The notes under the pieces are model-generated. The model searched no databases. It was not told where the DNA came from and saw only the letters and a program-made list of their open reading frames with translations. A stretch of DNA of 51,986 bases, filler included, from Sphacelaria rigidula (lineage: Eukaryota), in NCBI GenBank assembly GCA_964200075.2. It is 4 parts of 4 records of this genome, joined end to end, with 100 filler letters (N's around TTAATTAATTAA, not from the genome) between each part and the next. Parts side by side here need not be neighbours in the genome. Positions count along the whole stretch, not along the records: positions 26,046 to 38,966 come from CAXNAA020003302.1; positions 39,067 to 51,986 come from CAXNAA020003303.1; 2 more parts are not named here. One strand, written 5' to 3'. Shown in pieces: positions 36,925-50,974 of the stretch (positions within the stretch are counted from its first letter, which is position 1; every line of letters begins with the position of its first letter). The translations under genes and the position numbers were made by a program.

Positions 36925-37483
36925 GCTCGGGTGGTTCAGTTGGTGACCTCAAAACGTTTTGACGGTTGGGACGTGGGTTTGGATCTTGAAGTCACACGAT
37001 CTGGGAAGTTTTCTCACGTCATGCTCACCAGTGGAGAGTGACTACGCAATGAGTACACAAGATTTTACCTCAAGGTCGACAAAAGAGCGAGACCGCTCAA
37101 CCCTTCTCGCGATAAAAATGAAGGCAAACATCGCAAAGGGAATGTGAATTTACTAGCATAAAATATATCTCAAGTACTCTTGTCCTTCCTCTTATTTCTT
37201 TTGTATCGCGTTTTGTGGGAATTGTTTGTGGATCCGATTTTATTTTATGAATTTTTCCTACCCTAGCTTGGAGTAGTCAGCCTGTGACCACGGAAGGCGT
37301 CCGCATCACATGCTAAATCCAGAGTACTACGCAGATATCGGAACGGTTTTTTATGTGAAGACAACAATAACAAAGTCTTGTGTTGACCTTCCTGCTGTGT
37401 GACCCCGGCTGATGCGCCCACGTGAACCGGAAGGTGTAGACCGGCGTCCAGAGTAGATGGGATGGCAACACAAGGCACACACG
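36925..37483 (+). mobile_element. tRNA-derived SINE, degenerate copy with extra internal sequence (~37150-37370)
   Basis: Head gtggttcagttggt; body and tail match the reverse complement of 16346-16691. Confidence 0.75.
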
Positions 37484-38585
37484 TTAGAAATGGCTCTGAA
37501 AAATGGGATCGAACTTTATTTGATGGTGTCCGGAATCGTGGGAAATGACACCCTTAGAAGGCACCTCGGAGGGCATGTTTCGTGTTGGAAGCTTGGATGG
37601 TGTTCGACTGGTACCCGTCGGAGGCACGTTCGATGAGACGGGAGACTCTTAGAAACGTGTTTCTGAACCTTTAGTTCCCTCGGAGTCATTCAACAAAACA
37701 ATGGCATCATCCGCCACAAATCCTCACGTCATCGAATGGAACAAAAAGGGGTACCTCGCGAAGGCGACTTCGTGGGGTAGGTGCCATTTTTCCCAATTCC
37801 AAACACCAGACTTGTGAGTTGTCCTCTGACGGACAATATTCAGGGGAAGATCCCGCTGTAAGCTTCAGGCTGGTGAGATGTTGTCGGACGAAATGAGCCA
37901 GAGAAACAGGGGGGGGGATCTGATGTGGGCTCGCCTGGGGATATTAGTCGTACTGTTGAGCACTCTAGATCCCGTTTGACAGCAAGGAGGATGCGGCGAA
38001 CCAAGCTCTGTGCGCCTCTGTACTTGTGTTCGCCTCTTTTCTGCGCGTCTACTGACGCGAGAGCGCTTGCTCGTCCCTTGCGATAGAAAAAAACGTCCTA
38101 GTTCTGGTAGCATGCTTGGGTGTTCCATGTATCGTGGCGCACTCTGATGCATGATTCATTTGCCTTTGAAGCGACGTGACAACTACCTGCCACGTACATG
38201 AATGTGACGGGAGTCGACTCGATGAGGGAGTGCTGATCCGACCAGCGATGACCCCAGAATGTCCGGAGTGTGATTTATTTGTACTGCGGGAGAGATGGGG
38301 TGATCTCTTGAGACTACGGAGTGGTGCCGTAGAGGGGGAGGGACTGTTAAGATTGAAGCTATGAACGATGAAAAAATATATGTGTGACCGGTGGCATGTG
38401 TCATCATTGGTTGATAGATTGTCGCACATTGACTGATCCCCGAGGTAGTCATGATCCAGGCGTGGTCATTATCTACATGACAGACGTACGTACCCATGGT
38501 AATCACAACGGAGATGGGCGCGAAAAGTTGACTATCTTCCGGGTCGTGTGGTTTTACAGCTTAACTGCCAACTGTCATTCGATCG

Positions 38586-38586
<1 letters not shown>

Positions 38587-38616
<30 letters not shown>

Positions 38617-38662
38617 TGTATGTATGTATGTATGTATGTATGTATGTATGTATGTATGTATG
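38587..38662. repeat. (TATG)n microsatellite
   Basis: Seen directly. Confidence 0.98.
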
Positions 38663-38966
38663 TGCGCACTATATTTTCCATTCAGGGACATGCGCGTACC
38701 TTTCAATATGGCTCCGTTACTCGTTAAGAGGCGACCCCCGTCCCCCCCTCCCCCAAGCAGGGCCGGCGTAATGAGCGCCGAGATGTTGTAGATATCTCTA
38801 TTAGCGGTAGGAACGGTGCCCCGTCTCGAGAGGGATGCGTGGTCAATGGTCAAACGACTAGGGCAAGCAACAAATGAGTACCCCCCCCCCCACCCCCCCC
38901 CCCCCCCCCCCCCCCCAACCCCCCCCCCCCACACACCCCACCACGAACCCCACGAACCGCAGACAA

Positions 38967-39066
38967 NNNNNNNNNNNNNNNNNNNNNNNNNNNNNNNNNN
39001 NNNNNNNNNNTTAATTAATTAANNNNNNNNNNNNNNNNNNNNNNNNNNNNNNNNNNNNNNNNNNNN
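38967..39066. other. Artificial 100-bp scaffold linker
   Basis: Seen directly. Confidence 0.99.
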
Positions 39067-40702
39067 TCGGTAGCTTACGGTATATAACACCCCCATGCAC
39101 CCAAAGTTACAGGCATCCACTTTGATTAGCCACACGTGGCGCATATGCCGCGCTAACTCTGCAGTATATTGTACAGCACGTATATAAGCACGATATGGTA
39201 CTGTCCTACACGGTATTGTATTGTCCAGTACAGCATCAAACCATGCTTTTTGTTGTGATGATCATATATATCACCATCAACGTACAGGATAAACCGCGAT
39301 GATATTTTTTCTCGTGTTCACTCGGAAAAATGCTTCACTTTGGTATTCGAATGGTGAACACGGGACCACGGGGTTTTTAAGCTTGTATGTTTGGATGAAA
39401 GAGGTTTTTACTGGTTGAACATCACAATCACAGCTTAAAGCTACTTAGCATGGCTGTGTGTACATACATTCGCAGTCGGTGTATGGGATTTGAAACCAGT
39501 CGAAGCTGTCGAAGAGTTCGATCCGCTTGCCCAAGATATCAAATTGGGGGCAAGAGGATGAGCTCTCAACGACGTCTGCTGTCTCTCGACTCTCATCTAC
39601 CGGTACCGTGTCGTGCGTGGGACTTGAACAGCAAAAGCTGCTCGCAAATAAGAGTCTCTTTTTGCCCAATTCAAGGTATTGGTGGGCAGAATGAGGATCT
39701 ATTTCGAACAGTTTCTGGTGTACAGATTCCATTTGCGAGTGTATATGGGATTTGCACAGCCTCTGCTGTTCGAAATCAATCCTTTTGGCCTGATTCCAAC
39801 AGTTTGGAATCAGGACTTATTTCGAACAGCTGTGAAAATTTCAGATTTGCATAGCACTTGTGCCTCCAAAAACAATTCAGGGAATTTTAATATCGACACA
39901 GACCTTCGAGGGCCCCGACATTGAAAATCCTCTAGAGGGTTACGAATACCCAAGATCCTCTAGGAAAGATTTTAAAACGGACGGAACCGAGGATGACGTT
40001 TGAAAATTCCTCTACGAGGTAGCCGAATGGCCGCGTGTGCATCCCTGTCACAAGGACAAACCTGTCTGTAATGCGTGAGAGGACCGCGTGCTTAGAGGAC
40101 CGCGCCGCAGTTCAGAACACGTCAGGATCAACGTTTTTCAAACCCAATCGGGCCAGTCCCTGCAGGTACTACGCCCCTGACCATGACCCCGACACTAACC
40201 CTAACCCTAACCCTAACCACGGGGACGTTTGCCCACGTGTGTGCCTTGTTCACCTCGCCAAAGGCTCACCGCACGGTCTGGTGTTTGCTGCTGACTAAGG
40301 CCAAGGCAATGTTCAATTGTTTTCAACTGCATTGCTCTGATGTTCTCCTGGTGGCACAAGCTGTGTACTCGTGCTCCCAAATAAACAAGAACCCGACAAA
40401 GAGAAACACGGGGGGTAAATACCCCGCCAACAGTCATCCTGCTGCTTCAAGTTTTCATGAACTTGCGAAGGCTTTTGTGGTTCGGGATCGACACCCTGCA
40501 AACAAGAGCCGGTGCGGGCGACTTTCGATGGCCAGAACACGCGCCACAGGTATCAGATGACACCCAAACCTGAAGGGTAATATACAGCTGTGCCTTCTCC
40601 GCACACTGCAAAAGTAAGCGCGTGACGAGATGTCTCGCCGCCAGAGAAAACTCGGTAAAAGAGGTGAAAAAAGTGAAATGATACATGTACATATATAATA
40701 CT

Positions 40703-40805
40703 GTAATAATAGTAGTAGTAATAATAATAGTAGTAGTAATAATAATAGTAGTAGTAATAATAATAGTAGTAGTAGTAATAATAATAGTAGTAGTAGTAAT
40801 AATAA

Positions 40806-40879
<74 letters not shown>

Positions 40880-40900
40880 ATAATAATAATAATAATAATG

Positions 40901-40945
<45 letters not shown>

Positions 40946-40968
40946 TTGATAATAATAATAATAATAAA
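40703..40968. repeat. Compound (TAA)n/(TAG)n microsatellite
   Basis: Seen directly. Confidence 0.98.
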
Positions 40969-40979
40969 TAAACTTTCAC

Positions 40980-41079
40980 CTGTCCAGCACTGGGCATTCC
41001 CTCAGGAACGGGCTGCGGTCTAGCTCCGTTCCTGCCGTTCCAGTCATTTTCGATCTTGGCTAGTACGGCGGGAGTCCAC
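40980..41079 (-). CDS. GlmS-like exon (WTPAVLAKIENDW...)
   Basis: gatag| and cag|gtgaaa, phase 2-0. Confidence 0.8.
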
Positions 41080-44000
41080 CTATCCGGGCATTGGAAGGGG
41101 GAGTAACGAAGACGGGGACCGAGAGGACAGGGGGGGGGGGGGGGGGGGGGGGGGGTATGGTGTTAACATTTACTGTGTGTTGTGTGCGGCTTCAACCACG
41201 CATCCGTAGTATCAAGACTCGGTGTCTCTTNNNNNNNNNNGCATGGTCGAGAGGAGTGGGGCGGGGGGGTCGGGGGGGGCGGGGGGGAGGGGGGGGCGTA
41301 CTCATTTGGTACTTGCCTTAGTCGTTTGGCCGTTGACCACGCATCCCTTTCGAGACGGAGCACCGTTCCTCCTCCTAATAGAGACACCTCAAACACTTGG
41401 TCAGTAGTCTCATTACCATTATACGGCGTGCAACATCATCATGAGTACAGTACACCTCCCCTCCTCTCCTGCACCGACTAAGCGCCGATCATGTCGGAAG
41501 AGTTTTCCATACATACATACGTCGTGTTCGAGCTTTCGTCACAAAATACACAGCTCACACGCCATGGTCTAAGAAAATAAGTTCCAGGTGACACGACGGA
41601 ACACTGACTGCATAGCTGCGTGCCCACATGCGAAAAAAAGGAGACCGTGACTGTACGGCCATATCGCCCAGCTTTTTTTTCCTGAGACCGTGACTTGCTG
41701 TACGCAGTCATGTTTCGCCGACTGTTTCCTCATCTTTGGTCAGACTCGAATATTATATTTCTCCCTCCTTGATATCGCGTTTTGACCATCATGAGGTACA
41801 GTATCTGGAGATGCGCTCAACGGACCGTATCATCGTACCTCAGGTCATGCTCCACAAGGTCCACCCCGGGAGGCACCTCCGGCACGACGGACTTCTTCGA
41901 CGCCGACGCGGAAAATCCACCTGATGTTGCTCAGGTCATCGTTAGGGTTGGGGTTGGGCCATTGTATTATTACTCTTATTATTATCATTATGATTATCAT
42001 CATCATCATCATCATCATCATTATTATCATTATTTTTCTTCTCATTATTAGTATCACTATTATTATTATTGTTGTTGTTGTTGTTGTCGTTATTATGTTC
42101 GTCACATTAGCTCGATCTCTCGAACCCGTAGTCACAGGGTGCAAGAAGCACACCACCCATACCCATAAATCAAACAACCCGCAGAGGAAGGCAAGAAACC
42201 AAACATCTGGACGAAAAAAAAGGGCACCTGCACTACGATATATGCGTGTAAGACCGATTGAACTACAGGAGACCTACTGGAATCTGAAAAGTCCCCGCGT
42301 GCCATACAGTAGGTGAATAAGAATAAGTTGTATATTGTGCTGTCTGTCGCACTCTTTGTTACCTCTCCTCTTCCTCAGGATGAATCCGTGGTCTCAGAGG
42401 GATCGACTCTCATATTTCCTCCAGTACACGGTTCACGCTTCGGTATCGCGCATTGGATCAGCACTTGCTTCCCTCGCATCGCTTCGACTGATGTCTGGCA
42501 GCCTCACTAAAACAGGCTATATATCTTACCCCTCACGTCCCCAGGCTTGCAACGATGGAAATTGGATACATGTGAAGAAGAAAAGCCAAACTAGACGAAG
42601 TTGGTGGAAATCGAACCCGACTTCTTCCCGCCTTCAAGGTGTCAGGTATACCACCTGACCACCAGACCACCGAGGCCAGCACTAGATCAGCCATTCCTCA
42701 CAGAAGGGCTCGAGGCCCCGAATAGTCACGCCTCCCACGCACATATTTTCACGGCATTGCCGCAAAAAAATCGATAGACAAGGCTGCAGTATAACCAAAA
42801 AAATGCGAGACATGAGAAGACGTATCCCCCATGCAACGGTGCTACTTGGGGACAGGGAGGGTGGTATTCAACGTACCACATGAACGTACCTTTGGACTCT
42901 GCTGCGGACATGCCCTGCCTTTCCAGACGCTTGTCGAGCAAAGCCGTGGGTGCCTCACAGTTGGTCTCCAGCGAATAGCTCCGGAGCTACCCAATCGTCC
43001 AGAGAACAAGAGAATGTCCGTTGTGTTTTTCAGGGATGGGGAGGAAGGGTATGGAAACAATAGTGCGTCCGCCGATGGATGAGGTAGGGGGAAGGCGAGA
43101 AGTGCTTTTTAACGCGTAACAATTCACGTAGAATCGCTCCAAAATACAGGCAGTAGGTAAAAACACCGATTTCGTCACACCAATACTTCGATTTCAAGGT
43201 ATCTCGAAGACACTCGAATAAAGAGAGAAGTTGTTGGGATTGAAAAAATTGATATTTGGTTGTTGCACACTTTCCGCAGAAGAAAAGGGTTGGAATCCAG
43301 CTTAATTGGCTCAATGCCTCCCATGAGCCGTTTTTCTGCCATACACGCAGGGGTTGGGTGGGGTGGGGGTAGCTGTTCCCTGTTCGGTTTCAGTCTGAAC
43401 ACACTTTCGTGAGCAAATAACAGGACTGCGCCCTCCCCTCCGTCCCCTCCCCCCCCGTCGCCCAATGCGTGTCACTTCGTCACAGTAGAGAGTTTCGTGG
43501 GGAGCGCACTCCACCTATCAGCGCGACTTGTGTCAGCGTGTATGTCATGAAGTTGACAGTTTCGAACACCCTCTCATTTAAAAAAAAAAAGAAATCTTGC
43601 AATTGAAAACTCAAAATAACTGCCAAGAGAACAAACGAAACACGTTTCTTGTCCATCAACTTCACGACATGTAGATATGATTGATTTGATTGATCGATTG
43701 ATTGTCGCACATAAACGAATCTGAAACACGCTCTGAGGGGGGAAAAAAGGAAACGACAAATATATATATATATGTATATATTTTTATGTATATATGCTGA
43801 GAAACATCAAAGTCACGCTGGTAAAGATGAAAATGTGCACACGTCGAACAGGTCATGAGCTAGCTCCCTGGATATTATTTAATATGAGAGAGTACTGATC
43901 CGGGTCATGAGCTAGTTTATTTGGCCACTATTTCCCCATTAGCCCCCGACAGCAATGGACGCCGAGCACGCCGTGTAGCGGGAAGGTAACGCTTTGACTT

Positions 44001-46384
44001 CTCGGAAGCTGCTGTCACGTACCTTGTGTTCTTGTTCAACGGGTCTGAGATTTCTCTTTGATTAGTTATTTTAGGTATTATAAGCTCGTAAGGCTGTCCG
44101 ACCTGTGAGAATGCGTTCACCATACTTCCGTGTATAGTAGGAATAGTGGTGCGACGGCGCCCCACTGAACCATGTATTTCACCGCACCGCCCCGCACCAC
44201 ACCACATTGCATCAAGAGTGTGCACTTACTGAAATATTCACAGCTATGGGAGGATAGAGAGGCTCGAAAGAATTGCAGAGAGAGTTGACAAGAGATGCGA
44301 AGTAAAGGAGTGCATAGCTAAACTCAAGAACAGGAGGGCAGCAGGGACAGACGGAAGGTGAAAGAATTTCTCAAGTACGGGGGAGAGGGAATGATGATCA
44401 TGATGAATACTGTAACCACGGACTCTTACCGAACCCTACACAATTTCGTCCCCGCCAAACTGCCCTCGCAGGTTGGAACCCCGTCGCGCTGTACCACTGC
44501 TGTATCGTGCCATATTTCGCGAAGATACTAGACGCGCGGATGGGTTCCCGACTAATTATTGCGCGGTAAAAACCGAGGACGCAACCCTGAATATTACAAT
44601 CTCCATTCCATCACCCGATAATTCCCCTGGCGCATGAACTCTTGTGTTTCGAGCAGTACATGTTTCTCAGCTCTTCGCATTTCTGACTGCTAGTCTACAT
44701 GAGTTTACAGTACTAAAGCACTCACGACGCCGAGTTCAGTGTATACCCAGAACTACAGTAACAACTTGACTCCAGTATGGGTTAACACAAAATTACGAAA
44801 AAGTCCAAAAGGGGGCATCGAAGGCGAGGGCGAGAAAAAGGGGGACTTGAAAGCGAAACAATTGGGGAAAAAAAAGCGGGGACATAGTTCCTCGGAAAAC
44901 GTTTTCGACTTTTTTCAAGACATACATAAGGACGCATCGGCTCCTCGTACGCAAACTACAACACACCGTGACTTTACCAACCTCCTCCCTCACGAGATCC
45001 ATGTCATTTGGATCATGACCCTGACTCGTTTCACTGCTCTCTTACTCGTACCTATCTACACCTTATCCGGTAAGGGGTTCTACGTATACTAAGAGTTCAT
45101 GCATGAAGATGTCCGAGATATTTGTATAGTTTACACACCCTTGACAAAATGTGCTCAACAGTTGCAATAGGCAATACTTCAGGCAGCACACTTTTTCCAT
45201 TGAAATTTTTATACACCTCGAACAATATAGTCAATAGCCGTGATACACAAGAAATGTACTGGGTACAGTATAGGCCTACTGCGACTTTGGTCGATCGACA
45301 ATTATCGTGGTAGGTCCATACTTTAAGCAGTACATTTCTCCTCTATTGCAGTCACTGACCATATGTTGTCCAAAGTGTTATATATAGAGTTCCGGAAAAC
45401 TTTTTTTCTGTCAATCCAGACTGCACATATCTCAGATCAGAGTGTACCGAAAAATCATTTCGCCCTACGTCAAACGTGGTTTCCCTCGATTTCTTGTTTG
45501 ATGAGGTGTTTTTTTTTATTCTGCACTCTGATCAAGATATTTTTGTACTCTGAAATGACTTTAAAGCGTTTTGCGAAGCTCTTCTTTGACCGCAAATTGT
45601 CGAGGGTGTCCTATAGAGCTGAAGCCCCACGCCGAAGGCGCCCGATTCAAAGGCAGGTCCCGATATAAGGTCGGTAGTTTTTGCGATACAACTGTAACCT
45701 CACAAACCAAGATCCATATGGTGGCTGGTCCCAATTCAAGGTCGAGTCCCGATATAGCGTCGGGATTTTATGCGGACCGTGCATCACCCTTGAGCCTAAA
45801 ATCTTGGTACCTTTTCAAGAAAGGAAATGCATGCGGCATATTCAAAACGTTCAAATTGTTCGAGAAAATGTCTAGTAGGGGATCAGTTCGCGCCATCTTC
45901 AGTTCACGTGAGATACAAAAAGCGAATAAGAGGGGAAATAAAATATATATATTGAATTTCAGGGTGAAAATTTTGTACTTAAAGAGAGAGTGTTCCACAC
46001 GATCTACAGTACACACTCCCGTGGAACGTGTGCAACAACAACAACAAAACACAGCGAACTCTTCAAGAGGAATCAAGCAGCCAATCATCAATGACCACCC
46101 GAAGTTTGCCTGGAAAGAGGAAAAGAGGAAGGGGGGCGGAGGCGGAATGGACCATCATTTAACGGTAAGTATTAGGCCAAGGGTGCAGGAAAAAAAAGAA
46201 AAACACACCCATGTGTACCCAAGGGCATTCTAAAACCACCGAAACCCCCCCCATCTCCAATAAAAAAAGTTTTTTCCCAACTTTTGCTGAAAACCCTAAG
46301 CCACTGGCTCGTTTTTGTTTCAACGAACACCCCATAATAGGGGCGACACAGGTGTCGTTCTTCACTTTTTCGACGTGCACCCTC

Positions 46385-46416
<32 letters not shown>

Positions 46417-49400
46417 GCTGGAAAGACAAAGAAAAATAGAGAAGAAAGAAAAAGGACGTCTGTTTACCGCCTCCCCATACAAAACCGCACCTGAATTCCG
46501 CACGGCAGAAGCAGGCCAACGTTCACCCTCTCGTCCGGGGTCCGCCCGCCAGAAAAATCATCACCATCGTCAAGTGGGGACGGCAGCCCACAGCGCACCA
46601 CCTCGCCCGCACCGCTCAAATTCAGCACCCTGTTCAGGGAGCGCCCTACCGTGCCAGCGGCCGCGCCTTGACTGTTGGATCTGGAAGACCGGAACGAGAC
46701 GGGTCTGCTACTGCTCCCAGAGACGTCGGCGGTGGCGGTGCCCTTAGTCGGGTTGCAAGCGGGTACCGCCACGGCAGAGGCTTCGCTTCCGTACAGTGCC
46801 GCGGGAATGTCCTGTGATTTTGTACACGCACAGCATAGACCAGTATAGGACAGCATGATCATGATTATGTACGTGTGGAGTTTTGGTGCTGGGCGGTGGA
46901 GACGCCAGCCTGAGAGCGTTGAAGTCAGCGAATCGGCAGAAGTGTGTGAGGCTCCTCTCGGTGAAAGGTGATACATTCGTATTTTAGTGTCTTGAACGAC
47001 AGGTGGCGGCGGCAAAATTCTCCTGTTTTTTTTGGCGGGGTCGAAGTCAGTGTAAAAAAAATACGGAATGATAATGATAATGATAATGATAATATTGATA
47101 ATAATGACAATAATAACTCAAAATCCCCGATGATATGATAGTTTCGCATCCGCCATCCATTTACCCGTGTATTCAACAAGCGGCTTCAAAATCAACCAAC
47201 CAATCGAGTCTAATCAACCAATGCGGAACACTTTTGTTCTTCATATTACGACGAATATATATATGTGTATATATATATATATATATACGTACGTATGTAC
47301 GAATATAATGTACGCACGTATGTAGATGTATAGATGGATACATGCGTACACAACACGAGGAACAAACAAAACAAAACAAACTACCAAAGCGCATACTATA
47401 CAGTAGGGGTGCACTTCATGCGCAAAATCTTCTCTGGCTCAGGGGGCTCCTAACGATTCTAGATACACAATAATATGGGTCTCTGTGCATCCGCGTTTCC
47501 AAATTCATGCGGGATATCCCCTGGAACATCGTTGGAACAGTAATCCTGGCGTACTCTCACATATTTCATGATTCGTGCTTTGGATGAGATAAAGGGCTCC
47601 TGGCAATTCTATAACCTCGGGAGATAATTGTGCACCCCAACCGTAGCATCTCTCACTGGGAGAACTCACATCGTCGACAGCAATGACGAGCGGTTGTCCC
47701 ATGCATCCGAGCACCACCGTGCCGGGCTCAAGGGTGGAGAACACTGTCGTACCGAAGGACCCGTGGCCTCTGGCAAGCAGCTCCTGCTCAGAGATCAAGA
47801 CGCACGCACCGAGACTCAACGGTCACTTGCGCACGCACAGGACAAAATATAATAACCCCTTGAACACCCATGTGTTCCCATCATCAATTGCATTATAGCA
47901 CTCCATTCACCCGAAAACTGAGCGTTAGACTCCGGTGTCCACCCCCGGATAAGCTAACCCTCTCGACGCGACGAGAGTAGGTCTTCTCTTGAACCGGCAT
48001 CAATTCCACTCGGGAAAAAATGTGCTTAGTCCGGATGGACTACCCTCGCGCGGTCAGTACGGGGCTATAGTTAAGAGTCAACCAACCCCAACCATACGAT
48101 TGCCCAGTGAAACCCTTCGGGTCACACGCGGTTCCGGCTCACGTACAGATTCAACCCTTATTTTCACACTTTTTATTTCTTCTTTTTTTTCCCTGTCTTG
48201 GTACGTTGTTTTCCACCCCCTCCCTTCTTGTTAACGTTTTCTTGAGACGAGTCCATGACCTCTCGGGGCATCAACTGCTCTCCTCTCCCCCTGCGGTACA
48301 CCCCTTTAACATTTTGGTACCATACATGGATAGTATCGCGCATTTGGATTAGCATTCCAGAGCCGCCTCGTGTCACGTCAGAAAAACTTTGGATTGATTT
48401 GTTGGGTAAGAGTACTGTAAATACCCCGGCATTTATTTCACTCTCCCGAAGAATGTGCTGCGATGGTCCGATTTCCAAACTCTGCTCGAACAATACGGGT
48501 AGAGTTGGGTACGATCGCACTACTCTACCCGATACCTGGGTACTGTTGAGTGAGTACGACCTCAATACTATACTCAATTTTCGGGTACTTCAGAGTACGA
48601 TTGCGCGAAATAGCAATATATATATAGATATATATGCAGGAAACATCCCATCCAACACACCCTTGGAATTCCTTTTTGCTGCCTAAAATAGCTCGCGACC
48701 TCGCGTGTTCAACGGCGGAACATGCAGATTTTTTGGCAGAAAGAAGCCCAAATTGCACAGACTCTATGCCCGGGACCGAACCCTGTATTGTGCCGACCGA
48801 AGACACTTTCCACGATAGCACCCCCCCAAAAAACCAGCAGTACGCCCCCTCCCCCCTAAAACCAGCTAGACGTGTCACGAGAAAAATGCCCATACAGCAC
48901 CTGATGTTCGGGTTCAGGCAGCATGAAGCGCCTCATATTGGCGACATTGGCTAGAAGCTAGAACGAACACAAGCGTGGGAATTCCCACCTTCTCGGTGTG
49001 CTGGGCTTTTCCCATTTCGATTTACGTGAAGATTTTGCCTCCTAACACCATGCACTTTTTTTGGGGGGGGCGGCTATCGTAGAAAGTGTCCGAAGACTAA
49101 ATTTACATTTCACCAGACAACCGGACGCGGGGGCACTGTCAATCTTAACTTATACCCACACCCTTGACAATACGATATGTGGTACACCGGCAATACATTG
49201 CAACGTTCCAATAGCTATCGACTAATATATGTTGGAAACATGCTGTATTGTCTAGGGTGTGGTTTCTACATGGAACTTTTTCCCCCCGGAAACCATGTGG
49301 TAGAGTTCGGCGATTTCAAGTTGTTTTTTTCTCTGATCCTTTCTCTTCATTTTTTCTTCCCCTCCCGTCTTATTTTTATTTCTCGGGTCTACTCCGTTCG

Positions 49401-50943
49401 CCGGTTTCTCTGCCTTTTTTTGTGTCTTCCACGTTCTCTTCAGCAAGTGTTTCAATTTCCGCTTCTTCTTTTTTTCCTATCTCGGTGGCACATATCTCCA
49501 TCACCATGTGACCACAACTGCATCCCTGGGAGAGCATTTGAAGTGCGACAATCGCCGCCGTTGAGACTAACCAGTGGTGATTGCTCATTCATCGTGAACC
49601 GGCATCATTTTCACTTCAACAACGGGTGTAATTCATGCGCATTCACAAATGGACCACAGCTCGCAGCCAAAGGGTTACATCTCGTGTTGGCGGGGGTCCG
49701 GTCCCAATGAATACGGAGTGAACACAGACGAAACGCGACCTCACCGACATAGCCGCGAAAATATCAGCCCGCAGGAAGGCCCTGGTGGAGTGACGAACTA
49801 TAGACCGTACGTCCTGCTCGCTCAAGCTGCTAAGCAACTCGCTCATCTTCGACGACGAGGCCTCGGTCTTCGACAGCGACCCCTCAGTCGCGCCCGACGA
49901 TCCCGCCGCATTTCCCTGCCCCTCGTTAGCCGGAGAAGCAGAAGGCATGGTGACAAAAAGGGGGACAGTTGCAGCCGCGGCAGGAACAACATCATCAGCT
50001 GCAGCAGCACAAACAGCAGCAGTAATAGTAGCACTAGCAGTAGCACTAGAAAGAGAACACATATATATATATATATATATGTCGTATATCCGAACCCTCT
50101 TCCATCTTCGTGACGATGATCTCGTTTGCGGCGGTGTGTGATACGTCACATACCTCTCCTGAGCCGTCGACATCGGAGGCCGTGGTCGAAGGGGTATGAG
50201 TCTTGGATATTTTGATGAGAGTGTCACCCACCACCTTCACGAACTGCGCAGTCGACGGGCGGTCGATCTTGTAGGATTCACCTGCGAGTGGGATTAGGAT
50301 AGTAAAATCGCATGCGGCGGGGGTTGTACTCGTCATCTTGCATGACGTAGTCACGTGACCATTGACCTCGCATCCCTACGAACCCGGGACGGAGCACGCC
50401 GGGTGTACCGCGGACCAGGCTCGCAATCAATCGTCAAGCGCGATAAAGCGCCGTGACGTGCTCGGCCAGTCGCATAAAGAGTGAGCTGCATCGTACATGC
50501 TGAGATTGTTCGGCTCGAAGCGTGGGAAGCATCTTGTACCTGGAGGATATAATTTTTGGGGAATAAGCCCTTTATCTTATCCAAAGCACGAGTTACGAAA
50601 TATGTGAGGATACGCCGGGACTACTTTATTGTACTGGGGATATCCCGAATAAATTTGCCGTGACTCATATTCTTGCGCATTCAGAATCGTCAGGACCCCC
50701 TGAGCCAGACAAGATTCTACGCAAAACGTGCATCCCTGCCGTAGCATTGCTCGTACGAAGAATCGGACAAGCGCGCTGGAACTATCCGGAAAGTACTACC
50801 GCCACAATGCCCCGATGATGTAATGGTACAACCGACACCAATAGGGCGGGAAAAACTGCGGCATCGATTCCCCGCCGGGGACGTCTAGTTTGGCTTTCTC
50901 ATTGCTCTGAAGTATGTGACTCTCGTTGTCGAAATAACGTATT

Positions 50944-50974
<31 letters not shown>

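Noticed and set aside
38331-38560. Polypurine tract followed by TGTT, suggesting an LTR start
   Set aside because: No second LTR and no recognisable integrase or RT upstream.
40570-40650. Possible next GlmS-like exon (FSLAARHLVTRLLLQCAEKAQLYITLQ)
   Set aside because: It needs a rare GAG acceptor and has no clear family motif; left uncalled.
44023-44102. Minus-strand exon-like segment (VGQPYELIIPK...) with good AG/GT inside the GlmS-like gene
   Set aside because: Its 80 bp would break the frame between the 46491 and 42986 exons, which join cleanly without it.
48173-48893. Minus-strand ORFs faintly like a LINE C-terminus
   Set aside because: Too degenerate, with no diagnostic motif.
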